Of a stretch of DNA of 64,000 nucleotides, positions 1 through 13,709 are shown piece after piece. Source of the DNA: Octopus vulgaris (taxonomy: Eukaryota); the NCBI GenBank assembly GCA_951406725.2, contig OX597827.1, positions 40,796,001-40,860,000 on the forward strand, given 5' to 3'. The notes under the pieces are model-generated. The model saw nothing but the letters and a program-made list of their open reading frames with translations. It was not told where the DNA came from and made no database searches. Both the position numbers and the translations under genes were made by a program. How positions within the stretch are numbered: position 1 is the first letter of the stretch; every line of letters starts with the position of its first letter.

Positions 1-284
1 AGTTCGAATCCCACTGAAGTTGACTTTTGATGAATAGGATGAAGCAAGAACTAATTTGTTTGTTTTTTTAATGGCTTATTCAGAGGAGGAAGAGTAATGC
101 CTACAATCCTTTCAGAGCCTCTGTGCCAAACTAAAGCAGCGGATCTCAAGTAGAGTCTATATGGGCCTTGGGGTGGGGTGGGGGTGGGGTGTTCATATAA
201 GATTTTGTTGTTAAAATTTATTTGCAATAAATAGCTTATGCACAAAATCGTTAATTTTATTTTACAATATTCCTAATAAGGTAT

Positions 285-628
285 GTCTGTATAAGAAGAA
301 GTCCAACCGCATGGTTCCAGGTTCAGTCCCACTGGGTGTTCCTTTGGGCAAAGCCTTGCGAGTAGATTTCGTAGGCGGAAACTACAAGTAACCCATCATA
401 TATATATATACATACATACATACAAGTAGTATATTGAAGTAGAATAGTATTTAACTGCTATTTCTAAATTTCGGTATGTGGTGAAGCAATTTTGCTAAGC
501 CCTAATTATAATTATGTTTATAATTATAATATTACTTGTATAAGTTTACCGATAAAGGTTCTTTTAACATACCGAACTACTTGGTACGATTGCTAATTAT
601 AAATTGATTAATTAATTTTACCCTTTAT

Positions 629-704
<76 letters not shown>

Positions 705-880
705 GTGTGTGTATGTGTGTGCCTATGTCCCCCACCACTGGTTAGGCAAAAATTACTGTGATCGATTTGTTCGACTAAAACTCTTCAAGGCGGTGCCCCA
801 GCATGGCCGCAGTCAAATGACTGAAGCAAGTAAAAAAAAAGATCTAAGAGTAGTATTTGATTATAAAAAAAAACAGTAGC
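285..880 (+). mobile_element. tRNA-derived SINE (Octopus OR-type), fragmented, interrupted by (TA)n
   Basis: GGTTCAGTCCCACTG head and CTTCAAGGCGGTGCCCCAGCATGGCCGCAGTC tail recur across the window (e.g. 14935-15340, 18477-18975). Confidence 0.65.
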
Positions 881-1619
881 ATCATTTCTTTTTATATACG
901 TCGAACGACTATGAAGGTCCGGGTGAGTATAATAGGGACCAAAGGGATCTGTAAGCCAAAAAAATCACTGGTCTAGAGGAATAAAGATTGTTTATCTCTG
1001 GATGCCTGTCCCCAATCCATACAACAGATCAAACTCAGCTAGGTAATGATAATAAACCTGGCAAAGGGTTCAACACAGTTTCCGCCTCCAAATTCTACTC
1101 ACAAGTCCTTGGTCGACCCGAAGTTATGGTAGAAGACACTTGCTCAATGTGCCGTGTATTAGGATCGAAACCGAGACCACATAGTTGCTAATCGAACTTC
1201 TCAACCACACAGCCATACCCGTACCCAATGTGTTATGCCTTCCCCCATATTAATCTTTGTTCTAGTATCAAGGTGTAAGGTCATTATTATCACCTCACTA
1301 AACAGGAAGCTCTTGAAGATAATCACTTTGACTGTATAGAGTAACACCAGGAAGATAATCCCAGATTACGAGACCTGCTTTTAGTATTCACCTGTTTTTT
1401 TTTATGACGGTAAGGTAAAATTTGAAGGAGATTTGGTTTATATTTCTAGCTGGTTGACGACTACAGAGAGGCTTCTTTCTTATGTAGCCAGGGATAAACA
1501 TTCTCTATTCCTCTAGACCAGTGATTCTCAACCATTTTGCTCGATTAGGCCTGACATGAATTTATTCTACAGCAACTCAGGTTCCCAAAACATCATGCCA
1601 TTATTTTTACTTGTTTTAA

Positions 1620-1830
1620 GGCGGCGAGCTGGCAGAATAGTTAGCACGCCGGGCGAAATGCTTCGTAGCATTTCGTCCGTCTTTACATTCTGAGTTCAAA
1701 TTACGCCGAGGTCGACTTATCCTTTCGGAGTCGATAAAATAAGAACCAGTTGAACATTTGTATCGATGTATTCGATTTATCCACCCCACAACCGCCCAGA
1801 GCTTGCTGACCTTGTGGCAAAATTTGAAAG
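1620..1830 (+). mobile_element. tRNA-derived SINE with Nin-like central domain
   Basis: GGCGGCGAGCTGGCAGAA..GAGTTCAAATT..GAGGTCGAC..CCTTTCGG.GTCGATAAA; same family at 5926-6100 (+), 14175-14370 (-) and 14430-14645 (-). Confidence 0.75.
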
Positions 1831-1869
1831 CATTATTTGTTTGCTTGTTTTAATCATTGGAGAGTGGCT

Positions 1870-2237
1870 AAGCTGGAGCACCATTCCGAAGGATTTAGCC
1901 AAACAGATCCATCCTAATACTTATCTTTTTGTCTGGTGCCTTAGTTATAGTCTTAGTCTATCGGTGTCTTATTGTCAAACCGATATGTTACGATAACGTA
2001 AGCAAACCAACATCCGTTGTCGAGCAATGGCGGTGGAACACACACAAGTACACACACAAACACACCGACAAACACATATACGACGGGCTTCCATAAACTT
2101 TCCGTCTCCCAAATTCTCACGAGGCATTGATCGATCCACAGCTATAGTAAAAGACACTTACCCAAAGTGCCGCGCAGTGTGACTGAACCTGAATCTTCGT
2201 GGTTACCAAGCGAGCTTCTTACTCACACAGCCATGCC
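1870..2237 (-). mobile_element. tRNA-derived SINE (OR-type)
   Basis: Reverse-complement match to the copy at 14935-15340. Similar minus-strand copies at 1060-1225, 15540-15945 and 19075-19390. Confidence 0.7.
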
Positions 2238-2497
2238 AAGTATTATTTATTTATTTACTTATTTATTATATATATTTTGAAATATTATCGATGGACAAAT
2301 TTTGATATATGTTTTTTCTTCTTTTTCTAGAAAATTCGAGGCCAAAACTATACCGAAGCTCCGTTTATTCAATATCAACAGATATTTCCCACAGTTCATA
2401 ACATATTTATACACATATTTATTTTGCTCGTACACTCGTGTGTCTCCTGGAGTATACTCCGAACCAAATCTGTAATCTTTATTAAGCGGGGGCCATA

Positions 2498-2791
2498 ATG
2501 CCCCGGAAAAGGAAAGAAATGGAATTTGACAATGAGCTAGGATTTCAATCTCCGAAACATAAACCCCTTCAGAGAAATGCAGCCAACGCTCGTGAGAGAG
2601 CGCGCATGAGGGTTCTAAGCAAAGCTTTTTCCAAACTAAAAACCACTCTACCGTGGGTACCACCGGACACTAAATTATCTAAATTGGACACTTTACGTCT
2701 GGCTGCCAGTTATATCGCACATCTCCGGCAAATCTTAGACACAGAAGAAGTGGAAACACCACAGCACGGATATATACATCCAATCAATTTG
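2498..2791 (+). CDS. TCF21: bHLH transcription factor, TCF21/musculin (MyoR/capsulin) family, first coding exon
   Basis: [56 protein letters not shown] is near-identical to the TCF21 bHLH domain. The exon ends at GYIHPINL followed by a GTGAGT donor at 2792, matching the vertebrate intron position after HPVNL. In-frame TAA at 2483 lies upstream of the ATG. Confidence 0.92.
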
Positions 2792-3378
2792 GTGAGTCCG
2801 CTTTACCTCATCTTTGTTGTCAATGTTGTTTTTATGTTGTTGTTTTTGTTGTTATTGTTGTTGTTGTTTAGCCTCGAATCATCCTTAGACGTATGACTGA
2901 AGGTATTCCGACTATGTCAATTTTGCATTTTTTCAGGTATTATATATGTACGGAAAAAGTTATATTTCACTGAAGAGGCCAAAATTAGTCCGAAACATGA
3001 GAAACGTTTTCTCCAGGACATAACGGGAAATATTATAAGAATAATCGTTGTAAGAAACTCCAAATAGTTGGAGAGCCAAACAGCAGAAGGTCTTCAGAGA
3101 AGCTCCCTCCCTGTCATGCAAGTGTTGTCTCTTAACTCCTTACGCACTAAAGGTGTCGGGCCGCATCCAGGTTATGACACTGGGATACCCCACCGCTGTC
3201 ACATTCTGTGCCATTGTCTACATTGTAATCCACCTAGATGCATCAGATCCAAGGTACCTTGGTGTTGGAACCTGTTCAGTCTAAAACACCAGTTTACTGT
3301 AGAATAAATTATACTTTTTGAAATTCACTTCCATTTTTTTCCTTGACTAGATCCAAAATTATACTCACGGACACAAAT

Positions 3379-3431
<53 letters not shown>

Positions 3432-4091
3432 TATATATGTATATTCCTTTATGTATGTTTGTGTGTATGCATCTCTATATACATTGCTATCTCTGTCTTT
3501 CCATCAATGTGTGTGTGTGTGTGTGTGTGTGCGGGAATAGTGTTAGCGCCGATGTGTGGAAGAACACACTGTCGGAAGGTCAGCCCCAGGTTAATAGCCA
3601 TGCATCTGGCGACCAGTCAGAGCTCGAGCTGACAGATGAATGCTGAATGATTCCCTCTGTCTCCTCTGTTAACAAGGAACAAAGGTTATCGAAATGGGAT
3701 TCTCATATATGTGTGTATGTGTGGGCGTGTAAATATATATATATATTACAAATAAGAAAATGGAGAAACACATTAGTTGGTTTATCAGCTTTAGGATATT
3801 AGAATGTTGACTTATTTATTTATCAAAACGACAACCATAATAACATACATGTATACAGTATAACATTCAATACATATAAGATAAGAATACAAGTAGTTAT
3901 TAAAAAAAAAATTTAATATAAATTATTAAAATCATTAAAATCACTTACAGCTGTTTCAGCCTTTGAAAAAAGTAATTTGTTGTGCCCATACATGTCAATT
4001 GTATTGAGGTTGTACGCAGTTAAAAATGAGGTACTTTCAAAATATAAATATATACATGAAACAAGATACACGTACAATTCAATATATGTAT

Positions 4092-4172
<81 letters not shown>

Positions 4173-4713
4173 TATACACCTATACATGTGCATAAATATA
4201 TAAATAGACACATACATGTTCTAACATGTATGTATACTTTCGTTATGTTGAAAAGGAAAAAAAGCTCATGTAGATATTGGTGTATATTTGTACGTAGGTA
4301 TATATATGCATGTGCATCTATTTGTTGCACACACGCATGTACTTATGTGTATGCAGAATTATAATGATCGATCTGCAGTTTTAGTAAAAGAAACTTACCC
4401 AAAGTGCCGTGCAGTGTGACTGAACCCGAATCTTCGTGGTTACCAAGCAAGTTAGACTCTAGTCTAACTGCTATGATACTATGATATATGAATATATTGA
4501 CTGTGATTTTAAAATTAATAAGATTACATCTTTCATAACTATCTGTTTATATTATATTATAGCATACTATATATTTGAATCTCCTATACTATGAATTGTA
4601 AAATGAAGATTACACAGAATCTAATATTATTATTATTATTATTATTATTATGTTTTTTCCTTCTTTCTTCAAATTTTCTTCCGTTTCTCGCCGAGTGTTT
4701 TCCATACACTTAC

Positions 4714-4768
<55 letters not shown>

Positions 4769-4789
4769 GTTGTTGTTGTTGTTGTTGTT

Positions 4790-4825
<36 letters not shown>

Positions 4826-4992
4826 TAAATATTATATGTGTACTCATGGACATGGATGTATATGTACGCTCCAGTGTATATATATATATATGAATAATTA
4901 TCTATATGATTGTATGTATGTTTAATTGTGTCTATATGTTTATGTACATGTATAGGTGTATATATTTCCTTATGTATGTATATATATATACT

Positions 4993-5043
<51 letters not shown>

Positions 5044-5107
5044 TGATTGAATTGTACGTATGCGGTGCTCATCTGCGACGTATGATTAATAGAGCTACAC
5101 AGTTTTG

Positions 5108-5380
5108 TTTTGTTGTGTCTGCGGAGAGCCATTTTCTTTTGTGCCTTATAATTTAACACACTCACCGGTAAAATTTCCACATTTTATTTTCCTAAAATTT
5201 TCGTTGCGTCTTGCAACCTTTTCAATAGTCTTGACTCTTGAAAAGACTATTGAAAAGGTTGCAAGACACAACGAAAATTTTAGGAAAATAAAAATAAGAA
5301 ATAAATAGGAAATTTTACCGGTGAGTGTGTTAAGTTATAAGGCACAAAAAGAAAATGACTCTTCCCAGACACAACAGAAT
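5108..5380. repeat. Fold-back palindrome (MITE-like)
   Basis: Arms such as GTGCCTTATAATTTAACACACTCACCGGTAAAATTTCC / GGAAATTTTACCGGTGAGTGTGTTAAGTTATAAGGCAC; centre near 5237. Confidence 0.85.
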
Positions 5381-5599
5381 ATGTTTCAACACACTAACTC
5401 ACATAAAGAATCTTGCAAACCAAATCCAAAAACGATATACAGTTTTGTGTTGTTTTTTTTTCTATCAAGCTAAATACAGCTATATTATGATTCGTGTGGG
5501 TTTGTGCTTATCATGTCACTCTTATGATATAACAGATGTAAAACTGAAATTGTATTAGTGCTGGATTTGTCGTAAACTCTTTGTCGATGTTTTCTCTCT

Positions 5600-5665
<66 letters not shown>

Positions 5666-5841
5666 TTCTCTCTCTCGCTCGCTCCTGTATTTATTTTCCT
5701 ACCGCGCTGATGTCAAGCGTGCAGCTGGCTTCTACCAGAGAACATATTATTGTTTTGTGATCCGAAACAACCTCAGTCGGGGCGATTTTGCTTTTTAAGT
5801 TGGTTACTGTTGTTCATCATCACCACCATCATCGTCATCAT

Positions 5842-5878
<37 letters not shown>

Positions 5879-6149
5879 TTCATCACCATCATCGTCATCG
5901 TCATCGTTATCATCATCATTATTATTAGCTGGCAGAATCGTTAGCACGCCGGGTGAAATACTTAGTGGTATTTCGTCTGCCGTTACGTTCTGAGTTCAAA
6001 TTCCTCCGAGGTGAACTTTGCCTTTCATCGTTTCGGGGTCAATGTTATCCGACTTATTCCCTCCCCCAAAATGACTGCACTTGTGGCAAAATTTGAAACC
6101 ATTGTCATCATCATCATCATCATCATCATCATTATAATTACTATTATTA

Positions 6150-6590
6150 TATGTTTGACTTTTGCTTTGTATTTGTACGAGTTGGTTCCAAGTCTCACCC
6201 AGAGACCTCAAGAGACCAGTTAGAAGCTCATGTTGGTGTTATGCCTAAGGTGTCATATATTTGGTTTTGCACAAAGTATTATTCTAGAGAATGTTGAAGA
6301 AAACATGAGAAAATTATGAGTTTGTTTTTAAATTTGAGATTACATAGACAGTATTTTATGTAGGATATGGACAGTTCCTATAAGCACTATCTTTTGAATT
6401 TCTGCCATTTCGGAGTTTCCTGGTATCTGAGCTGGGTAGCAGGCAGCCCCTTTTGCTATCATTCCTAAGGCACCTATGACAATATGTATTGTTTTAGTCT
6501 TGAGGTTCCACATTTTACCAATTTCTATTTCAAGGTCTTTATACTTGCCCAGTTTTTGGTAGGTCTCAAAAGATAAATTTATATCGATTG
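6150..6590 (-). mobile_element. Non-LTR retrotransposon 3' end, R4/Dong-like (restriction-like endonuclease)
   Basis: Minus-strand translation QKLGKYKDLEIEIGKMWNLKTKTIHIVIGALG..EIQKIVLIGTVHILHKIL; flanked by (TAT)n. Confidence 0.75.
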
Positions 6591-6598
6591 TAGAAAGG

Positions 6599-6670
<72 letters not shown>

Positions 6671-7107
6671 GAGGGAGAGAGCAGTGCACGCCATCAAAGT
6701 GGCACTGGGGTAAAATATACGACGCCTTGTATACTCATCATGACTACTCGTCTGATAAGGATATACTAGCCATATGCATCACAACCGTATGTGCATGACA
6801 TAATGATCTCATATTAAGATAAACAGGTGTGGCCCAGTTTGAATTTTCTTCAGGTCGAGTAGCCCATCCTGCTCAAACAGTCCCTGAATTATGGTTGTTT
6901 AAGAATGTTGAACAAAACACCCATGTTTCCAGAGGTAAATTATTCAAACTTCAAAGAATTCCTCTCAACACATGGCCATGATGCTCCCTTACTACTTCTG
7001 GTCAGAGATGCACATATCGTCAGCCACTAAGGGACATGCTCAACTGGTTAAGCTCAAACAACTGACAAGCAAATCCGTGGTATTGAGCAGAATATTTACT
7101 GTAGTCC

Positions 7108-7197
<90 letters not shown>

Positions 7198-7209
7198 TAT
7201 CATTATTAT

Positions 7210-7610
7210 TCAGTAGTCTTATTTTTGTCCCGTACTTTCACTGCACTACCGAGCGCAGCTCTCTGTGCCTTGAGTATGTGCTGTGGTTTGTTGTGGTGTT
7301 CATATTTTTACTGTATTGAAAGTGTTTTACTTAGAATGTGTGCAGTACCTAGTATATTATATACGTTTATAAGTCCTGGTGTTTTGGTTATGTATTTTTC
7401 TGAATGTTTTTTTTTTATCATAGCTAATGCGCCTACAATGATAGGAATTGTTTCTGTTTTTAGGCTCCACATTCGGGTTACCTCTATTTCCAGATCTTAG
7501 TATTCTGAAAGTTTCTCCCTTTCTTTTAGAGAAACGTTGTCATCTGTTGGTATTGATACATCGATTAGAAATCATCTTTTTTCTAGGTGATCTCTGACAA
7601 CTATATCCAC
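7210..7610 (-). mobile_element. Non-LTR retrotransposon 3' end, R4/Dong-like
   Basis: Minus-strand DIVVRD..FLIDVSIPTDDNVSLKEREKLSEY*DLEIEVTRMWSLKTETIPIIVGAL..LGTAHIL; the 3' end abuts (TAA)n. Confidence 0.75.
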
Positions 7611-7854
7611 TTATCACGAGTTGATCTTTAGTAACATGGGTCGGCGATCAATCGGAGGTTCTGTTTGTTCAGCAAAAAAAAAAAGAAAGACGAAACCCAG
7701 TGACCATCCACAGTGCTCAACTGCCAAGAATGAACAGCGATTACTTGTATTTACATGACCGAGCTGTGGGGCTGCATTTTTTTATATATTGTTATACATA
7801 CACGAACCCATTAACACGGGACCAGTGAACGGAAAAAAATACGATGGTCCCTTA

Positions 7855-8000
7855 ACCAAGCAAACGACGCTGGTTAGTGTCTTCTCTACTGGACAAAGTG
7901 GAGATGATCAAGAAAATATGTGACGGAGGAAGCTTCGCCGCTGTGAGCCAAAAGCTGGTAGTCAATGAATCTATTATTCGTTCCTTTTACAAAGTGCGTG
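7855..8000 (+). mobile_element. Tigger/pogo transposase N-terminal HTH relic
   Basis: SLLDKVEMIKKICDGGSFAAVSQKLVVNESIIRS resembles the CENP-B/psq-type HTH of pogo/Tigger transposases. Confidence 0.55.
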
Positions 8001-8379
8001 GAGATGATCCCTTTATCACTGATTCATTTATCAGTTTTGTTTTGTTTTTCTGTAACCATCTTCCCGTGATAAACGAGAGCAGATGTAATCCATTTAGGGT
8101 TTTAGTTTTTCTAAGCTTTGCGCTTATAGTTATCAGTTGCTATGTTACAGCCTCACCGAAACTGTTTTTTTTGTTTTTTTTGTTAAGTTTGGTTTTCCTA
8201 ATGTTCTTTGTAGCGATATCATTGCCCGTTTATTTTTTGCTTTGTATTATTTTAGGTTTCTCTTTAAGTTAATTAGCTGTCCTAACGATTTTTTAATTTT
8301 CGTGTTTGTAAATTTGAGCAAGTTAGTTGCTGGGGTCTGTTCTTTACTGAAGATGATGCTTGAGTATACACGTATATGC

Positions 8380-8520
8380 ATTTATATATATACATATATA
8401 TATATATGTGTGTGTGTGCGTGTATGTATATATCTATTTGTATGTATGTATATATGTATGTGTGTATGTATGCATATATGTATGTATATATATATATATA
8501 CACATACACGCTCACACACA

Positions 8521-8603
<83 letters not shown>

Positions 8604-8744
8604 ATATGGATGTGTGTGTGAATGTTTATCGCATGTATTAATGCATGTGTATGAATGGTGTTTCCTAGTGAACGAGATTGCAGAAAACAAGACACACAAA
8701 CACACACACACATACATACATACATACATACATACATACATACA

Positions 8745-8775
<31 letters not shown>

Positions 8776-8835
8776 TAAACAGCTATTACTGAGAATAAAA
8801 ATAATAAAAGCACACACACACACACACACACACAT
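8380..8835. repeat. Compound microsatellite (TA/TG/CA/CATA)
   Basis: Seen directly. Confidence 0.95.
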
Positions 8836-9360
8836 GAAATATGTCCTCAGAACGAGACGACATAGAGATTATTCAAAGAAATAGCAGTGACCAATTATTC
8901 CAAAGAATCTTACGACACTTCGTGGAATGTTGGCCCACCCAAAGAAATCGGGTTGGAATGGAGGAATGATGGAGATTAGAGAGGGGGAAGACAGCGATAG
9001 ATAGATAGATAGAAAGAGAGAGAGAGAGAGAGAGAGTGTGTGTGTGTGTGTGTGTGAGAAATAGAGAACGTGTTGGTGGTCGGCTTTGGCGTGGAAGCAG
9101 TTTTGTCAGTCAGTCACGTGTAACGTCCTTAGTTTTCACCTTGTTTTCTAATAATCTGTTCCTTCCACTCGTTTGCCACCCGTGTTTTACCCTTGCTCCA
9201 CCCGCTCTCCGCCTCTTCTTCACCTCTACCCCGTCGCGTCGGGATGCGATGTGAGGTAGGGAGAGCGTGTGATCACACACATTCCATAAAGGAGTTGATG
9301 TAAAACGTCTATCGTTGGAAGTGTCGGTTTGAGGAAGGTAATCTGAGGAGAATGTATAAG

Positions 9361-10450
<1,090 letters not shown>

Positions 10451-10692
10451 GGCTACTCAAGCACACATAATTAGATATATATTCACACACTCTCACAATC
10501 TCATGACAAGGCATAAATACATATAAACGCGCAATAGTACATATACACACGTGTGCGCACACACGCACATACACCACACACATTTCCTTGCACTCAAACC
10601 AGCCGCTGGAAATAGCAGCCAAATCTCCTTTGAGATCTTTTAAAATATATCATCAGCTATTTGAGAAGAACATTTTAATTTAAAGAAAACAG

Positions 10693-10908
10693 ACAATTGC
10701 ATCGTGGAAGGTGTTTATAAGCCATTTAAAAACACACAAAAACTGTTAGATTCACTTCAACATCACGGAATTTTGTCAGTGAACAGCTTGCGGTTTCGAA
10801 GTGACGAAAATAAAATATTTCGACAAATTAAATTTAAATGTTGAAGTGAAGCTAACGGTTTTTATGTATTTTTAGATGGCTCATATTCACCTTCCACACA
10901 GCAATTGT
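10693..10908. repeat. Inverted repeat with ~70-bp arms (MITE-like)
   Basis: ACAATTGC..GTGGAAGGTG..CACTTCAACAT / ATGTTGAAGTG..CACCTTCCAC..GCAATTGT. Confidence 0.8.
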
Positions 10909-11055
10909 TTTTGTTTCAGCACTCGATCTCAGATCGGGTCACTTGCTATGCAAGTACATCCCCGTAAAACTATTAGAAAAACCAATATATATTCAATAGA
11001 AATGTTATTATTTCTAAATCACTCAACCAAAGACATTCAGTAACAGTACTCTGAA

Positions 11056-11414
11056 GTAAAGATTGTTTGCCAGCATAATGTGGCAGTCCCGGTTGGGATG
11101 AATGTTACTGTTATTTAGCCGCAGGAAACATCGTCTCCAGCAGGCTATACGACACACTATCCGTGTCCTTATATGTTCGAACAAGGGAGTTCAACGTCTC
11201 CACTCAGCACAAAACAATATCAGCGCACCGTGGTTCCTGGGTTTCGCAGATATTGCTTTGTGCTGAGTGAGGACGTTGAACTCCCTTGTTCGAAAATATA
11301 ATGGCATAGATAGTGTGTCGTATAGCCAGCTGGAGACGGTGTTTCCTGAGGCTAAATAACAGTAATATTCGTCCCAACCGGGACTGCCACATTATGTAGG
11401 CAAATAATCTTTAC
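11056..11414. repeat. Long fold-back palindrome, ~170-bp arms
   Basis: CATAATGTGGCAGTCCCGGTTGGGA / TCCCAACCGGGACTGCCACATTATG and TTCGAACAAGGGAGTTCAACGTC / GACGTTGAACTCCCTTGTTCGAA. Confidence 0.9.
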
Positions 11415-11819
11415 AATTATATATCAGTATGCTTTATAAAATTTGGTACACATATTTTTACATACTCATAGCAAAAGACTATTGAATAAAATCGTCATCA
11501 GCGTCAGTAACAGTCTCGACACGGCTTCTGAAACGACTAAATGCGTTAATTATGTGATCATTACTCACGTTGGCCATAACGTCCCCAACAGCAAACGTCA
11601 ATGGTATCGGAGGCAACTTTGTTGGTTGGTCTCCCTCTTAATGACACACCTGATTTGGAGCCGAAGGGTTTTAAATCAGGGGTACTACGAGATGAAAATA
11701 TCAGGGGTAACATCTTTACCTTTTACTTGCTTCAGTCATTAAACTACGGCCATGATGGGGCACTGCCTTGAACCAATTTTTAGTCGACCCCAGTACTTAA
11801 TTTTTTTTTTACTAAGCCT

Positions 11820-11945
11820 GGAGAAGAATTGGTCCTTTTCTATTGACCAATGCTGGCTGTTGTTATCGGAGTTTCTTATGCATTTCATCCATTTGCTGAT
11901 CCAAAAAGCTGTGATGGATGAGACCGGCCGCAGACCACCAGACAG
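11820..11945 (-). mobile_element. mariner transposase relic (Hsmar1/cecropia-like)
   Basis: VWWSAAGLIHHSFL..QQMDEMHKKLR*QQPALVNRKGPILL matches the Hsmar1-type catalytic region. Confidence 0.8.
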
Positions 11946-12362
11946 CCCGATCTCTGAATAAAACCCTTGCCCCAACGTAACCGTAATTCGATGACTGGAA
12001 CAAGGAAAAGATAAAAATAATGAATAAATACATGAAATATCCCCAATTTGTTTTAATGCAAAATACCAATTTTTTATATTTTTTTTCCGAAAGACCACAC
12101 TCGGAAGACTTAAAGGCCACGAATTAGCCACCCCCGGCGTAGAGTTATGCTCACCGATTTGTTGGTTGCTGTTGCTGTTAGTGATGGTGTCGTAAGATGT
12201 TTTGCAAAGAAAACATGTTTGACGGTGGAATGCAATGTCAGCGATAATCAAATCGTCTGCTTTGTCACAAATAGTGTTTCACTCGAATACCACTGCCGAC
12301 TTTTGTTTTTATAGTCACATTTGTTTCCTTTCCCTCTCTCCTTCTCCTCCTCTCTTTCTCTC

Positions 12363-12420
<58 letters not shown>

Positions 12421-12481
12421 TATATATACATATGTATATATTCATATATTATATACATTTATATGTGCATGTATATACAAG

Positions 12482-12519
<38 letters not shown>

Positions 12520-12943
12520 CACACGCAAATATGTATATATTTATATGTGTGTATGTATACGTTTTGGGTGTGTGTGTGAATGTATCTCTGTGCTTGTGTT
12601 TGCCAGCTACCACCGGTTTATAGCCGGTGCTGGTTTGTTAGGTCCCTGCAACGTAACGGTTCGGAAAAAGACCGATAGAAAAAGACCCAGGGTTAAAAAT
12701 AAGTATTGTGGTCGATTTGTTCGGTTAAAGTTTTTCAAGGCAATACTCTAGTATTTATGGCCGTAGTCCAACGACAAAAAAAAAACTAAAAGTATATATG
12801 TGCACTCACGCGCATGTTTGTGTATGTGTGTATGTCATGTATATGGTGTTTTATGAGAATTTATGGAAAAGTATCCCATAGAAACTCAACAAATATGTTA
12901 AACATGGTGCGGAGACGTTAAAATTTGATAGAATTTTAATATA

Positions 12944-13054
12944 TGCATGCGATCGTTTCGAACAGCGATATTGACATGTAAATAACATGGTAGAATAATT
13001 AAAATTAATTTGATTAATTTAAATTAATTATATATCACTGTTCTCTTCAGTGCA
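12944..13054 (-). ncRNA. Minimal type I hammerhead ribozyme-like motif with one core mutation; probable Penelope-like relic
   Basis: Minus strand: TGCA CTGAAGA GAACAGTGATAT..ATATCGCTGTTC GAAAC GATC GCA TGCA. Confidence 0.55.
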
Positions 13055-13661
13055 AGAAGTATACAACAATAGTTGTTATTATTAAAGGAGACTTGATGAA
13101 GGGGATAGCGGATAACAAATTCGGATATACATATTTTATCCTTGTGAAAAAATTGCGAGTATACTAAAGAATGTTGTTGAGTCTAGTTGTGTATAAACTA
13201 AAACTGTTTATTTGAAAATATGAGTGAAAAATGTTTGAGATATCCCCTCTAAATAAGAGTGAGTGGATAAGTAATTTAGACTCCAAATAAGTTATTTATC
13301 ATAGGAATTTTAATAGAGGTGTCCAATGGAAAGGCATAGTTATGGTTAAATTAGGATATGACTTGACAGTTATAAGTAATATTAGGTATGGTGTGTATTT
13401 AAAAGAAAAATTTGTGTGAGAATGAAATCAAACTAGTGAAAAAGTAGTTGTATAGTAGGCTGCTAGAATGCAACGAGAGTCAGTGTTAGTAGAAATACTT
13501 GAATAATTACATATAATGGAAGCTTTTTTTTATATTTATCTTTATTGTTATTTCATTATTACTATTGTGTACTTATTAACTATATGTTATCACCAATTTA
13601 TATTTTTTTAATAAAACGAGTCCACATATACATATGTCCCACACTCACAAGCACACATATG

Positions 13662-13709
<48 letters not shown>

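Noticed and set aside
2792-2896. Hydrophobic C-terminal tail on the bHLH ORF (apparent membrane-anchored factor)
   Set aside because: Read-through past the GTGAGT donor into a (GTT)n intronic tract.
2962-3010. Further hammerhead-like motifs (also ~545-590, ~3945-3960, ~13945-13990)
   Set aside because: Cores are incomplete or stems cannot be closed.
2937-3023. Candidate exon 2 after a TTTTTTCAG acceptor
   Set aside because: The translation (VLYMYGKSY..) has no similarity to the TWPF C-terminus; unsupported without RNA data.
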